DNA of 64,000 bases from Chloroflexota bacterium (GCA_005879975.1 VBIL01000168.1:2119-66118), one strand, 5' to 3'. Positions 36,205 to 46,734 are shown, counted from the stretch's first letter. The notes: generated by a model from the sequence alone, not told the origin. Program-made: numbers and translations.

Positions 36205-36645
36205 CTAGTGCGAGCAGGCCTTCGCGGTGCCGGACTGGTCCGCCGTTTTGAAGGACTGGCCGCAGCCGCAGCTCGAGACGGCGTTGGGGTTGCGGAGCGC
36301 GAACCCGCCGCCCATGAGTGCATCGACGAAGTCGATCTCCGAGCCCTTGAGGTACATCGCGCTCATCGGGTCAACGACGACGCGAACGCCGTCCTGCTCC
36401 ACGATCGCGTCGTCCTCTTCCGTGCCCTCGGCGAAGGTCATGCCGTAAGAGAAGCCCGAGCATCCACCCGGGGTCACGTAGACACGCAGGGCGAGGTCGC
36501 GGCGGTCCTGCTTCGCGAGGACCTCCTTGAGCTTGTCCGTCGCCCGCGCAGTCAGTGAAACGAGTGAGATCTCTGTCGTCGTGGGGCTCTGCTCGATCGC
36601 CAAGTCGGCACCTCCGTGCGCGTTACAGAAGAAATGATAGCCCAC
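36205..36645 (-). CDS. Iron-sulfur cluster assembly A-type carrier (HesB/IscA/ErpA family)
   Basis: Family motifs are present: GGCSGFSYGMTF, VVVDPMSAMYLKGSEIDFV, and a C-terminal SCGCGQSF. The exact start is uncertain. Confidence 0.8.
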   Translation of the reverse strand: MGYHFFCNAHGGADLAIEQSPTTTEISLVSLTARATDKLKEVLAKQDRRDLALRVYVTPGGCSGFSYGMTFAEGTEEDDAIVEQDGVRVVVDPMSAMYLKGSEIDFVDALMGGGFALRNPNAVSSCGCGQSFKTADQSGTAKACSH

Positions 36646-36670
36646 GAAATCGCCGAAAAACAGGTCATTT

Positions 36671-37051
36671 TTGCGGCCTAGACTCGGGCGGTTGGGGATT
36701 TCCTTACATCACGCCCAGGTGTTCTATCCGCCTGGCGAGGAAGCCCGCGCTCGGCGGTTCTACGGGGATGCACTCGGTTTGGAGGAGATCGAGCGGCCGT
36801 CGACGCTGCAGGATCGCGCGGGCATCTGGTACGCGGCCGGCTCGGGGCACGTGCATCTCTCCGCAGACACCGAGCTCGGCCTGCACCCGCGCAGACACTT
36901 CGCCCTTCGCGTCGGGGACCTCGGCGAGATAAGCTCGCGCCTCCGCGACGCGGGCGCTCACTTCGAGAAAGCCGACCCGATTCCAGGCTGGCGACGCATC
37001 TACGTGTTCGATCCGTTCGGCAACAAGATCGAGCTGGACGAAATACCGTGA
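36671..37051 (+). CDS. VOC-family protein (glyoxalase/bleomycin resistance/dioxygenase fold)
   Basis: The N-terminus has ISLHHAQVFYPPGEEARARRFYGDALGL and the C-terminus has RIYVFDPFGNKIEL. Both are typical of the fold. Confidence 0.65.
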   Translation: MRPRLGRLGISLHHAQVFYPPGEEARARRFYGDALGLEEIERPSTLQDRAGIWYAAGSGHVHLSADTELGLHPRRHFALRVGDLGEISSRLRDAGAHFEKADPIPGWRRIYVFDPFGNKIELDEIP

Positions 37052-38826
37052 CCTTCCGCTTTTCGCCGCGCCCGAACCGCGCATCGGAGATCGGCTGGCG
37101 CGAGTGGAGCGAGAGGGCGTTCCAGGAGGCGCAGGTCTCGGACAAGCCGGTGCTCCTTGCCATCAGCGCGGTGTGGTGCCACTGGTGCCACGTGATGGAC
37201 GAAACGAGCTACAGCGATCCGGAGGTCATCCGTCTCATCAATGAACGCTTCGTCCCGGTGCGTGTCAACAACGACGAGCGTCCTGACGTGAACCGCCGCT
37301 ACAACATGGGCGGCTGGCCCACGACGGCGTTCCTCACTCCCGACGGAGAGATCGTTCATGGCGGTACCTACATCCCGCCCGACGCGATGCGGTCGTACCT
37401 CGGCCAGGTCGCCGATGTCTGGTCCAGCCAGCGGGGCGAGCTCGCGCACCGGGTCGCAGAGCTACGCGAGAAGGAGACCGCGACACGCGCTCCACAAGCC
37501 GGGGACCTCAGCTGGGAGATCGTCGACGCGGTCGGCTCACTGGTGCGCGGTCAGTACGACCCGCAGTTCGGGGGCTTCGGTCGCGAGCCGAAGTTCCCGC
37601 AGCCCAAGATCCTGAGGTTCGTTCTCGACGAGCACCGCCGCTTCGGCTACCCCGAGCTCGCCACGATGCTCCACAAGACCCTTGCCGCGATGGCGGGGGG
37701 CGGGATGTACGACCACGTCGAGGGCGGCTTCTTCCGCTACGCGACCACGCGGCAGTGGGAGATCCCGCACTACGAGAAGATGCTCGAGGACAACGCCGAG
37801 CTTCTGGCGGTCTACGCCGAGGCGCATCGCTCGTTCCCGACAGCCGGGTACGACCGCGTCGTACGTGACGTGATCCGTTGGATGGACGCGACGCTTTGGC
37901 GCGACGATGTCAAGGCGTTCGCTGGATCGCAAGACGCCGACGAGCATTACTACGCGCTGGACGTCGGCGAGCGAACAAAGCATGGCGCGCCCTTTGTGGA
38001 TCCCACGATCTATACGAGCTGGAACGCGCTCGCCGCGTCGGCCTATTACGCCGCCGCGCTCGCGCTTGGGGAGGATCGACGCTCGGAGCGCGCGAGTGCC
38101 GCCCTCCGCTCGGTCCAGGAGCGCCTGATCCGCGATGGTTCTCTTCACCACGTCGACGGCGCGACCGCTCCGCGGATCCCGGATCTGCTCGGGGACGCCG
38201 CGGCGTGGCTGAACGCGCTGCTTGATGGGTACGAGACCGGCGAGCATGGCAGGGCGCTCGACTTCGCGTCAGCGGCTGCGTCGCGGATGCGCGACCGGCT
38301 CATGGACCACGAGCTCGGCGGCTTTTTCGACGCGCCGCAGAAGTCACACGAACCCGGGCGGCTCGCGAGGCGCGAGCGCCCGATCGACGAGAATGCGCTC
38401 GCCGCCGAGGGACTCTTGCGCCTCGCGGCGCTCACCGGCGAACAGGAGTGGCGCGACCTCGCGCTCCGAACCCTGCGGTCGTTCGCCGGCGAGTACCGCG
38501 CCTCCGGACAATTCGCGGCGAGCTATGCGAACGCGGTGGCCCGTGCACTCGCGGAACCGGTCGTCATCGCGGTCGTCGGACCGAGCGACAACGCGACGGC
38601 GGAGGCGCTATGGGCTCGCGCGCGCCGATCGACGGACCCCGCGCGCTCGCTCCATCGGCTCGCGCCCGACCGCGACAGCGAGGCGCTCGCGCGGTTGGGT
38701 TTCCCCGCCGACCGCGTCGCGGCCTACGTGTGCGTGGGGACGGTTTGCTCCGCGCCGATCACGGAAGAGGGATCGCTCGCTCGTCAGCTCGAGGAGGCCA
38801 CGGCGCGACACGCCCGCGGAGATTAA
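37048..38826 (+). CDS. Thioredoxin-domain protein of the DUF255/YyaL family (thioredoxin fold plus alpha/alpha six-hairpin domain)
   Basis: The N-terminus has PVLLAISAVWCHWCHVMDETSYSDPEV. The protein is 592 aa. Confidence 0.75.
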   Translation: MTFRFSPRPNRASEIGWREWSERAFQEAQVSDKPVLLAISAVWCHWCHVMDETSYSDPEVIRLINERFVPVRVNNDERPDVNRRYNMGGWPTTAFLTPDGEIVHGGTYIPPDAMRSYLGQVADVWSSQRGELAHRVAELREKETATRAPQAGDLSWEIVDAVGSLVRGQYDPQFGGFGREPKFPQPKILRFVLDEHRRFGYPELATMLHKTLAAMAGGGMYDHVEGGFFRYATTRQWEIPHYEKMLEDNAELLAVYAEAHRSFPTAGYDRVVRDVIRWMDATLWRDDVKAFAGSQDADEHYYALDVGERTKHGAPFVDPTIYTSWNALAASAYYAAALALGEDRRSERASAALRSVQERLIRDGSLHHVDGATAPRIPDLLGDAAAWLNALLDGYETGEHGRALDFASAAASRMRDRLMDHELGGFFDAPQKSHEPGRLARRERPIDENALAAEGLLRLAALTGEQEWRDLALRTLRSFAGEYRASGQFAASYANAVARALAEPVVIAVVGPSDNATAEALWARARRSTDPARSLHRLAPDRDSEALARLGFPADRVAAYVCVGTVCSAPITEEGSLARQLEEATARHARGD

Positions 38827-38871
38827 GACCCGCGCAAGGACCTGTCGGCGCGACGGTACGCTCCCCCCGTT

Positions 38872-40158
38872 GTGTCAACGGGATCTCTGTGGCAACACCA
38901 GGATTTCCGGAAGCTCTGGGTCGGTCAGACCGTGTCCGAGCTGGGTTCGGTCGTCACCCGAACCGCCGTGCCGCTCGTCGCGCTCCTGGTTGTTGGCGCC
39001 GGGCCATGGGAGCTGGCGGTGCTCGTCATCGTGGCAAGCGCGGGAGTACTGCTGGTTGGCCTGTTGGCAGGTGCCTGGGTCGACCGGCTGCGGCGCCGTC
39101 CCCTGCTCATATGGGATGACCTCATCCGAGCGGTGTTGCTGCTGTCGATCCCTGCCGCCTATGCGCTCGGCGTGCTGCGGATGGAGCAGCTTTACGTTGT
39201 CATGTTCCTTGAATCGTGCCTCGGTGCGCTATTCGACGCTGCGTATCCTGCCTACGTCCCAACGCTCATCGGTCGCGATCGTCTCGTCGAAGGCAACAGC
39301 AGGCTCGCGACGAGCTCGTCGATCGCGGAGATCGGCGGTCCTGGCTTAGCGGGCGCGCTCGTGCAGATCGTGAGCGCACCGTTCGCGATCCTCGTCGACG
39401 CCGTGTCGTTCATCGTATCGGCGGTGACCCTCTTGATGATCCGCGCTCCGGAGCCACCGCGACCGCCGCGTGGAACGACGACGCGGATCGTGCACGAGAT
39501 CGTCGAGGGATTACGCATCGTGCGTCGTCACGTGATCGTCTTCCCACTTGCCGCGCGCTCGGTGCCCGCTCATGTCTTCGGCGCGTTCTACGGCGTGCTC
39601 TATTCGATCTACCTGCTACGCGAATTGCACCTCACCCCGATTCTCCTCGGCATCGTCATCTCGGCGGGCGGGGTCGGGTCCCTCGTCGGGTCGCTCTACG
39701 CGTCTCGTGTCGTGAACGCACTGGGTATCGGCCGCGCGCTCGTTGTCACGGCCATCGCCGCCTCGATGCTCGGCGTGCTGACTCCGCTGGCCCAGGGCCC
39801 GGTCGCACTCGCGACGCTCATGGCCTTCCTACCGCAGCTGATCGGCGACGGCCTGCAGACGATTGAAGGAGTCGCGGAGCTATCGCTCATCCAGGGGGTA
39901 GTCCCTGACCGCGTCCTTGGTCGCGTGAACGCGACGCTCGACGTGGTCGCGCATGGGCTCGGCTATCCGCTCGGCGCTCTCGTCGCCGCGGTCGTCGCAG
40001 AGCAGATTGGTGTGCGAGGAGCGATCGCGGACGGATGGACTGGGATGTCCCTGTCTATCATATGGCTCGTGTTCTCTCCGGTGCCGAGCTTGCGGGCCGC
40101 TTCGGACTTCGTCGCCGCCAACCCGGTCGATGGCAGCCCACAGCGCTCGACACAGTGA
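38872..40158 (+). CDS. MFS transporter
   Basis: The 428 aa protein has 12 predicted helices and an N-terminus (FRKLWVGQTVSELGSVVTRTAVPLVAL) that matches the MFS_1 / EntS-like pattern. Confidence 0.75.
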   Translation: MSTGSLWQHQDFRKLWVGQTVSELGSVVTRTAVPLVALLVVGAGPWELAVLVIVASAGVLLVGLLAGAWVDRLRRRPLLIWDDLIRAVLLLSIPAAYALGVLRMEQLYVVMFLESCLGALFDAAYPAYVPTLIGRDRLVEGNSRLATSSSIAEIGGPGLAGALVQIVSAPFAILVDAVSFIVSAVTLLMIRAPEPPRPPRGTTTRIVHEIVEGLRIVRRHVIVFPLAARSVPAHVFGAFYGVLYSIYLLRELHLTPILLGIVISAGGVGSLVGSLYASRVVNALGIGRALVVTAIAASMLGVLTPLAQGPVALATLMAFLPQLIGDGLQTIEGVAELSLIQGVVPDRVLGRVNATLDVVAHGLGYPLGALVAAVVAEQIGVRGAIADGWTGMSLSIIWLVFSPVPSLRAASDFVAANPVDGSPQRSTQ

Positions 40159-40184
40159 CGCGACGGTCTCGCGTGGTGCGCCGA

Positions 40185-41372
40185 TCAAATTGAAGTTGGC
40201 GATGAAGCCGCCCCTCGCACGTACACGCCCTTCGGCGACATCAGCACGCCAAGGTCCTTAACGGGATCGCCGTCGACGAACAGGAGATCCGCCCAGCAGC
40301 CCGCTCCGATGCGACCCGCCTGCTCGAGCCCGACCACGCCGGCCGCGCCGCTCGTCGCCGCCGTGAGCGCCTGGGTCGTCGACAGGCCGCACTCCGCGAG
40401 CAGCTGCAGCTCGACCGCGAATCGATCGTGACGGGTGAACGAAGCGCCCGCGTCGGTGCCGGTCGCGATCCGCACACCGGCCTTGTGCGCCGCGCGCACG
40501 CCTTCGCGGTGCTTTTCGGAGACGGCGCGCGTGCGCTCGACGATGACCGAGTCCAGCGCGCTCGCGTTCTCCAGCAGCGAGTGGACGACGAGGAGCGTCG
40601 GGACGAGCGCCACGTCGCGTTCCTTGATGAGCTTGATGGTCTTCTCGTCCAGCAGCGTCGCGTGCTCGATCGAATCGATGCCCGCATCGGCGGCGACGCG
40701 CATGCCGCCGGCGCCGTGCGCGTGCGTCGTAATGCGCAGGCCTGCGCGGTGCGCTTCCTCGACCGCCGCGGCCGTCTCCTCAGCGGTGTACTGCGAGACC
40801 TCGGGCGGCGTGCCACCGCCGAGAATGCCGCCTGTCGAGAAGAGCTTGATCACGCGTGCGCCCGCATGCACCTGCTCGCGCACGGCCTTGCGGACCTCAT
40901 CCGGTCCGTCGGCGACCCGCCCCACCTCGAAACCGTGACCGCCGGTCGTTGTGATGCCACGACCCGCGGCGATGACCCGCGGACCTTCGAGCGTGCCTTG
41001 CTCGATCGCCCTGCCGAGCTCGATGACCATCGGACCGTTCGCGCCAAGGTCGCGGACCGTGGTGACGCCGGCACGCAGCGCAGCGCGGGCGTTGCGGAAG
41101 GCTTTGAGCGTCGCCAGCGTGTCGCTCTGCTGCACCTCCGCGGCGAAGTTCGCATCGCCGTCGAGCGTGAGATGGCAATGGCAGTTGATGAGCCCGGGCA
41201 CTGCGAATCGGCCCGGCGCCCGCGCGATCTCGCTTCGTTCATTCGGCGCTGACTTCGGGATCTTCCCGCGCTCGCCCGCCCAGACGATCTGGGGACCGTC
41301 GACGACGATCGCCACGTTCTCGATCACGCGCTCTCCGTCGAAGAGCCCATCGACCTCGAAGACCGTTCGCAT
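40185..41372 (-). CDS. Amidohydrolase-family metal-dependent hydrolase
   Basis: A metal-binding HxH motif (GLINCHCHLT) and later His/Asp motifs (ITTHAHGAGG, GTDAGAS) are present. The likely start is the ATG (MRTVFEVDG). Confidence 0.75.
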   Translation of the reverse strand: MRTVFEVDGLFDGERVIENVAIVVDGPQIVWAGERGKIPKSAPNERSEIARAPGRFAVPGLINCHCHLTLDGDANFAAEVQQSDTLATLKAFRNARAALRAGVTTVRDLGANGPMVIELGRAIEQGTLEGPRVIAAGRGITTTGGHGFEVGRVADGPDEVRKAVREQVHAGARVIKLFSTGGILGGGTPPEVSQYTAEETAAAVEEAHRAGLRITTHAHGAGGMRVAADAGIDSIEHATLLDEKTIKLIKERDVALVPTLLVVHSLLENASALDSVIVERTRAVSEKHREGVRAAHKAGVRIATGTDAGASFTRHDRFAVELQLLAECGLSTTQALTAATSGAAGVVGLEQAGRIGAGCWADLLFVDGDPVKDLGVLMSPKGVYVRGAASSPTSI

Positions 41373-41394
41373 CGCGACGCAGTATCGTCCGGCG

Positions 41395-42651
41395 ATGCCC
41401 GGCGCGCTCATCGAGCGTCTTCGCGTGCGCGGTTTCGTGCCGCCCGACTACGACGGCGGCGGGCTGCTCAATGTCGCCGCGACGGTCCTCGACCTCCTCG
41501 GCGCGCGCGACGACACCGATCCGCCGCCTCTTCGCGCGCTCGATCCCGTGCTGCGCGAAGGGGTGCGACAGGTGGTGGTCGTCCTCGCGGATGGCCTGGG
41601 GACGGGGCAGCTCCGCGCCCTGTGCGCCGCGGGCGACACTCCCTTTATCGCATCACTGCTCGCGCGGGCGCAGGCGCGCGACCAGGCGCAGCTCATCGAA
41701 GCCACCACGATCTTCCCCTCCACGACGGCCGCGGCGATCACCACCCTGAACACCGCGCGCACACCGCAGGAGCACGGGAACATCGCGTATTTCATCTGGC
41801 TTGAGGAGTTCGCGCAGGTCACGCAGATGCTGCGCTGGGGACCGGGGGTGAACCGTCGCGGCTCGTATTTCGACGACCAGCGCATCGATCCGCGCGACTA
41901 CGCGAAGGTGGGCTCGGTACATGGCCGCATTCGCCGGCGCGGCGGCGCCTCATGGGTGATCGAGCCCGAGATCTTCCGTATGGAGGCGATGACGAGGATG
42001 CATGCGATCGAGGCCGAGTACGCCGGATATGCGTTGCCGTCGAGCATGAGCGTCCGCCTTCGGGACCTGCTCGAGCGCCGGCCGTGGGGCGACGCGCCGG
42101 CGTATGTCTACGCGTACTGGGCCGGGATCGACTCGGTCGCGCACCTTTCCGGGCCGCGGTCCAAGGAGCATGCGACCGAGGCGGCGCTATTCGACCGTGC
42201 GCTGGAGCGTGCCCTGGGCGGACGAAAGCCCGGCGATACGCTCGTGATGCTCACCGCCGATCACGGCCACGCCACGACCGATCCCGATAGGCTTATCGAT
42301 CTCATCGGCGATGCGGACCTGCGCGAGCTGCTGCGCAACCCGATCGCCGGGGAACCGCGCCTCGCGTTCCTCCACACCGACAAACCCGATCGCGTGAAGC
42401 AGCACCTCGAGCGTCGCTATCCGAACACGTTCTTCGTCTTCGACCGCGACGAAGCGATCGAGGCGGGCCTCTTCGGTCGTGGCGATCCCGAGGTCGCGCG
42501 CCGGCGGATCGGCGAGGTCTGCGCGATGCTTGGGGACGACCGCGCGGCAAGCATCGTGAAGGTCGACGGCCAGATCTTCAAACACCGCGGATCGCACGGT
42601 GGCATGAGCCCCGAGGAGATGAACATCCCGGTGCTCGCCTGGCGCGCCTAG
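41395..42651 (+). CDS. Alkaline-phosphatase-superfamily protein (type I phosphodiesterase / nucleotide pyrophosphatase family)
   Basis: Family motifs are present: FPSTTAAAITTL, LTADHGH, RGSHGGMSPEE. The start is the ATG at 41395 (MPGALIERL). The upstream part of the track ORF is the antisense of the amidohydrolase gene. Confidence 0.7.
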   Translation: MPGALIERLRVRGFVPPDYDGGGLLNVAATVLDLLGARDDTDPPPLRALDPVLREGVRQVVVVLADGLGTGQLRALCAAGDTPFIASLLARAQARDQAQLIEATTIFPSTTAAAITTLNTARTPQEHGNIAYFIWLEEFAQVTQMLRWGPGVNRRGSYFDDQRIDPRDYAKVGSVHGRIRRRGGASWVIEPEIFRMEAMTRMHAIEAEYAGYALPSSMSVRLRDLLERRPWGDAPAYVYAYWAGIDSVAHLSGPRSKEHATEAALFDRALERALGGRKPGDTLVMLTADHGHATTDPDRLIDLIGDADLRELLRNPIAGEPRLAFLHTDKPDRVKQHLERRYPNTFFVFDRDEAIEAGLFGRGDPEVARRRIGEVCAMLGDDRAASIVKVDGQIFKHRGSHGGMSPEEMNIPVLAWRA

Positions 42652-42668
42652 CAACTACGATTCAGACG

Positions 42669-43112
42669 ATGGCCACCAGTGCTTCATATCTCGAAGAAGT
42701 AGCGGGCGGCATGGTCTCCGCGGCCGCGTTCGAAGACGATGACGCCGCCGTCTCCGCGGTCCAGCTGCTTCGCGACTCGGGCGTGCGCGAACAGGACATC
42801 TCGATCATCGCCAAAGACCGCCGCCGCGCGGAGCTCGTCGCCGGGGATCGTGCCTGGGTTCCGGGCAAGGGGTGGGGCGGCCTCTTCGCGCGTCTGATGA
42901 GACTCCCCAGCGGCGGGATCCCACGGGAGGTGAGAAAGCGCTACGGAAAAGCGCTCAGCTCCGGGCAGATCGTGGTCGTCGCCGCGGCCGGCGATCAGCC
43001 GCCCGACACGATCGCGGCGCTACTCAGGCAGTCGCGCGGCGATCTTGTCGACGAGTGGTGGCAGGCGCCGACGCAGCTCTTCGCGCCGCCGGAGCTCGCG
43101 GGTCCCTTCTAA
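42669..43112 (+). CDS. YflT/general-stress-protein-17M-like domain protein
   Basis: The N-terminus (AAFEDDDAAVSAVQLLRDSGVREQDISIIAKD) resembles the YflT domain. The C-terminus is glycine-rich. Confidence 0.4.
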   Translation: MATSASYLEEVAGGMVSAAAFEDDDAAVSAVQLLRDSGVREQDISIIAKDRRRAELVAGDRAWVPGKGWGGLFARLMRLPSGGIPREVRKRYGKALSSGQIVVVAAAGDQPPDTIAALLRQSRGDLVDEWWQAPTQLFAPPELAGPF

Positions 43113-43474
43113 GCGCGATCCGCCGTGGCGATCCGTTCGAACGCGCTGGTGACCGCTTCGATCTCACGTCCGGAGAGGTGGTCGGCGAAATGGCGCGCGA
43201 CCGAACGGAAGAACTCGGGCGCAGCGCGGCGTAGGGTCCGCCGCCCCTTCGCGGTCAGCGCAATGAGCTGCCCGCGCCCGTCGGCAGGACACGCCCGTCG
43301 CTCGATGAGCCCTTCGGCCTCGAGCCGGTCGACCGCGCGAGTGAGGCCGCTCTTCGTCAGGGTCGATGCGCGAGTGAGCTCGGTTGGCCGCATGCCTGCC
43401 TCGCCCGCTTCGCCGAGCACGGCGAGCAGATGATGCTCCGCCATCGTGGCTTTTGGAATAACTTGCGTAGACAA
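43109..43474 (-). CDS. MarR-family transcriptional regulator
   Basis: The protein has a winged HTH (MRPTELTRASTLTKSGLTRAVDRLEAEGLIERRACPADGR). It is divergent from the yceI-like gene. Confidence 0.75.
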   Translation of the reverse strand: MSTQVIPKATMAEHHLLAVLGEAGEAGMRPTELTRASTLTKSGLTRAVDRLEAEGLIERRACPADGRGQLIALTAKGRRTLRRAAPEFFRSVARHFADHLSGREIEAVTSAFERIATADRA

Positions 43475-43530
43475 CGAGTTGATTGTACCAGCAACTACCG
43501 GCGAATATGCGGCCGGCGAGAGGAAAACAA

Positions 43531-44079
43531 ATGTTCTGGTACATCGATCCCGCGCACACCTCGGTCACCTTTTCGGTCAAACACATGATGCTGAGCACCG
43601 TTCGCGGAAGCCTCGGCAAGGCTAGCGGCCGCATCGAGCTCGACCCGGCGCACCCCGAGCAGGGCGACTTCGAGATCACCGTCCAGGTGAACGGCATCAC
43701 GACCGGCGATATGAAGCGTGACGGCCACCTTGCCTCACCCGACTTCTTCCATGTCGAGAAGTACCCAGAGATCTCCTTCAAGAGCAAGGCCATTTTCCCG
43801 AAGGCCGACGGCCGCTACACGGTCAGCGGCGACCTCACTATCCGAGAGGTCACGCGCCCTGTCAGCTTCGACGTGGAGCTCATCGGCACCGCTGCCAATG
43901 GCCAGGGTGGTCTGCACCTCGGTGCCGCCGCGAGCGTGACCATCGACCGGAGCGACTTCGGCCTCACGTGGAACATGCCGATACCGAACGGCGTCCTGGT
44001 CGGCGACAAGGTGAAGATCGAGGTCGATCTCGAGGCGATCGACGAGGCTTCGGCGAAGACGCGAGGTCTAGCCGCCTAG
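43531..44079 (+). CDS. YceI-family protein
   Basis: The protein has YIDPAHTSVTFSVKHMMLSTVRGSL and HLASPDFFHVEKYPEISFKS. The likely start is the ATG (MFWYID). Confidence 0.8.
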   Translation: MFWYIDPAHTSVTFSVKHMMLSTVRGSLGKASGRIELDPAHPEQGDFEITVQVNGITTGDMKRDGHLASPDFFHVEKYPEISFKSKAIFPKADGRYTVSGDLTIREVTRPVSFDVELIGTAANGQGGLHLGAAASVTIDRSDFGLTWNMPIPNGVLVGDKVKIEVDLEAIDEASAKTRGLAA

Positions 44080-44091
44080 AGTCAGGCTCGT

Positions 44092-45450
44092 CTAATTCGC
44101 GACGTCGGGCAGCGAGTCGAATCCGGCGGGCCAGTCGGTTCCGCCCTCGCAGCAGGCCGCTGTGATCATCCCGCCGGTATTCGCGTCCGCGAGGAAGACG
44201 GTCCACCTCCCGAAAAGCTCGGCGAATCCCGGAGGGCGGACCTCGCCCGAAAACGCGACGACCCAGACCGGCCCCGGATAGCTCGAAGGGGCGAGCACGC
44301 CGCGGACGAGGCCGCTCCTCGCGAGCGCGTCGGCCGGGACGAGCCGCGCCTCCGAGCGAACGATCACAGCGGTGCTCGTGAGGCTTGAATACCGGTTGAG
44401 GATGTCTTCCCGCGACACGCGTTCGGTGGCACGGGCCGGCGGAGTGACAGGATCGGGGAACTCGAGCGCCTCGTCATGGTCGTTGCGGCTCGCGCTGGTG
44501 CTGGATCCGCCGACCAGGACCAGGCCGTCCTTCACGAACGCGCCGTGGAACGGGAGGCCAAATGATGACGTTTGGGTCGACAGCTGCTTGCCGACACGCG
44601 ACCAGCGATCACCGGTCGTATCGCACACGAAATTCCGCGCTCCCGTTTCGTACCTCAGCGGGCATGGCTTGATGGCCGCCATGAAGAGATATGCGTGGTC
44701 GATGAACGCGAACACCTTCGTCGCTCCCCGGACGAGGAAAAACCCGTACGCGCCGAGGCTCCCGACGGCGTCGAAATGGCGGACGGTGCCCACCGGGAAC
44801 GCGTCGAGCGGGCCCATGACCTGCCAGCCACGGTAGTCGCCCTGCGCGGGGATCGCTTCCGGCCGAAGACTCGCGACGAGCCTTACCAGATCGTCCTGAA
44901 GGGAGGCCGGGGCGGACCGGCCGATGTGCGCGGTAAGCGTGAACGGGCGCAGCAGATGCTGGAAGGAGAGGGCGCGCACCGCGAAGTCACCCTGATCCGG
45001 TAACGCCCTCGCGACGGTCCAGTCGAGGGGGAAGTTGCTCTCACCTTCGAACGCGCCCCCGCCGGGACCGGCAAAAAGGAAGAGCTCCAGCCGTATGCGG
45101 TCCCCGGGGACGGTTGTCCAATCTGGATTTCCTGACACGGTGGGCCCGACGTCGATACCACCGTTCCCCACCACGAAGAGCCTGTAGGTACGGCGGTTGA
45201 TCATTTCCTCGCGGTCGCTGGCAAGCCATCCCGCGGGGAGCCGCAGGTCGAACCCCGCCGCCGAATGGAAGATGTCCTTCGGCGCTGGGCTCGGTGCCGG
45301 CGTGGATGGGTTCGCGGTCGGCGCCATGCCGGCCGGAGCGGTCGTTGTGACAGAGGAGGGCAGCGATCCCAGGACGAGCGCGGCAAGCCCGACCGATGCC
45401 AGCGCTCCAATGACCCCACGCCACGGTCTCATGACCGTATGAGAACGCAA
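44092..45450 (-). CDS. secreted hypothetical protein
   Basis: An N-terminal signal peptide is followed by a Pro/Thr-rich linker. No domain is recognisable. Confidence 0.45.
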   Translation of the reverse strand: MRSHTVMRPWRGVIGALASVGLAALVLGSLPSSVTTTAPAGMAPTANPSTPAPSPAPKDIFHSAAGFDLRLPAGWLASDREEMINRRTYRLFVVGNGGIDVGPTVSGNPDWTTVPGDRIRLELFLFAGPGGGAFEGESNFPLDWTVARALPDQGDFAVRALSFQHLLRPFTLTAHIGRSAPASLQDDLVRLVASLRPEAIPAQGDYRGWQVMGPLDAFPVGTVRHFDAVGSLGAYGFFLVRGATKVFAFIDHAYLFMAAIKPCPLRYETGARNFVCDTTGDRWSRVGKQLSTQTSSFGLPFHGAFVKDGLVLVGGSSTSASRNDHDEALEFPDPVTPPARATERVSREDILNRYSSLTSTAVIVRSEARLVPADALARSGLVRGVLAPSSYPGPVWVVAFSGEVRPPGFAELFGRWTVFLADANTGGMITAACCEGGTDWPAGFDSLPDVAN

Positions 45451-45475
45451 AACGCCACCATCAGTTCCGGCTCGA

Positions 45476-46732
45476 TCATTCGTAGCGCAGCGCGGTCAAC
45501 GCCGACATGCGCATGGCGCGGCGGGCAGGGAGAAATCCCGCCACCAGCGCAACGACCAGCGCGAGAGCTAGCGCGCCGAGGGCGAGATCCGGACCAACCA
45601 CGAAGATCGGCGCCGGGTTCGCGCGCGGGTTCAGGTTGCGAATGATCCGTTCGATAAGTTGACCACCGCCCACGCCCAGGGCGAGACCGAGAACCCCACC
45701 GAAGACCCCGACGTACGCGGCTTCCGCCAGAAAGAGCGTGCGGATGTCGCCCGGCGCCGCGCCGACGGCCTTCATGATCCCGATTTCGCGCGTACGCTCG
45801 AGCACCGACATCACCATCGTGTTGGCGATGCCGATCGCCGCGACCAGGAGCGCGACACCACCGATGCCGGCAAGGATCCCTCTGAAGACACCGAATCCCT
45901 GGTCGATCTGCTCGACGACCTGCTTCAGCGAGAAGGAGGAGAAGCCGAGCTCCTGCACGGCCTTCACGATGTCGGCGACGTTCTGCGAATCGTCGGCCTC
46001 GATGGCGACGCCGCTGTAGCCGGTGCCCTGTCGGAGCGCGTCGGGCGTCAGGCCGCGGTTCTCGGCGCCCGCGGCCAGCGCGTCCTCCAGGGGTATGCGC
46101 ATCGATGTCTGCGAGGCTTGCTCGTCGAACACGCCGACGACGGTCACCGCGTAGTCGCGCGGCGTCCCGCTCCCGCCGATCCGCGTGCTGCCGAGCTTCA
46201 CGGCGCCGCCGATGCGCATGGTCACGCGCTTCCCGACCGCGCCGCCGGCGCTCGGCGCGATGAGACGCGCGATGTTGCCCGGCACGATCGCGACCGCGCG
46301 GTCTCCGGCGGCGAGGTGCCTGCCCGCGATGAGGTCGCCGCGGTCGACCGGCGCGCCGGGCTCGATGCCCTGAGGGCGAATGGTCGCATCCTCCCCACCC
46401 TCGACGACGGTGCCGAGCGGCGCGTCGAACTGGCGAAACACGCCTTCGACGTGCGCGATCCGTTTGAACTGCGAGACGGTATCGTCGGTGATCGTCCGTG
46501 GCACCGCGGAGAGGCCGCTCGCGCCGGGCTGGAACGGCTGCACGCTGACGAGCCGCAGATCGCCGATCGAGAAGATCGAGCGTCGAACGTTGTCCTCGGC
46601 CCCCGTGGCGAGCGCGATGAGCAGCACCACGAGCGCCGTCCCGATGGCGACGCCCGCCGTCGTGAGCGCGGACCGCAGCCGCGCGCGGGTGTAGTTGCCC
46701 AGCGACATGGCGACGAGATCCGACGGGCGCAT
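45476..46732 (-). CDS. ABC transporter permease (FtsX/MacB-like)
   Basis: The 418 aa protein has an N-terminal helix, a large extracytoplasmic domain and a C-terminal FtsX bundle (GVALLVAAIGIANTMVMSVLERTREIGIMKAVGA). Confidence 0.8.
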   Translation of the reverse strand: MRPSDLVAMSLGNYTRARLRSALTTAGVAIGTALVVLLIALATGAEDNVRRSIFSIGDLRLVSVQPFQPGASGLSAVPRTITDDTVSQFKRIAHVEGVFRQFDAPLGTVVEGGEDATIRPQGIEPGAPVDRGDLIAGRHLAAGDRAVAIVPGNIARLIAPSAGGAVGKRVTMRIGGAVKLGSTRIGGSGTPRDYAVTVVGVFDEQASQTSMRIPLEDALAAGAENRGLTPDALRQGTGYSGVAIEADDSQNVADIVKAVQELGFSSFSLKQVVEQIDQGFGVFRGILAGIGGVALLVAAIGIANTMVMSVLERTREIGIMKAVGAAPGDIRTLFLAEAAYVGVFGGVLGLALGVGGGQLIERIIRNLNPRANPAPIFVVGPDLALGALALALVVALVAGFLPARRAMRMSALTALRYE

Positions 46733-46734
46733 CG

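Noticed and set aside
44092-45450. Possible Rieske or Cys-cluster motif (KPCPLRYETGARNFVCDTT) in the secreted protein.
   Set aside because: It has no CxH…CxxH spacing and no His ligands, so it is not a Rieske centre.
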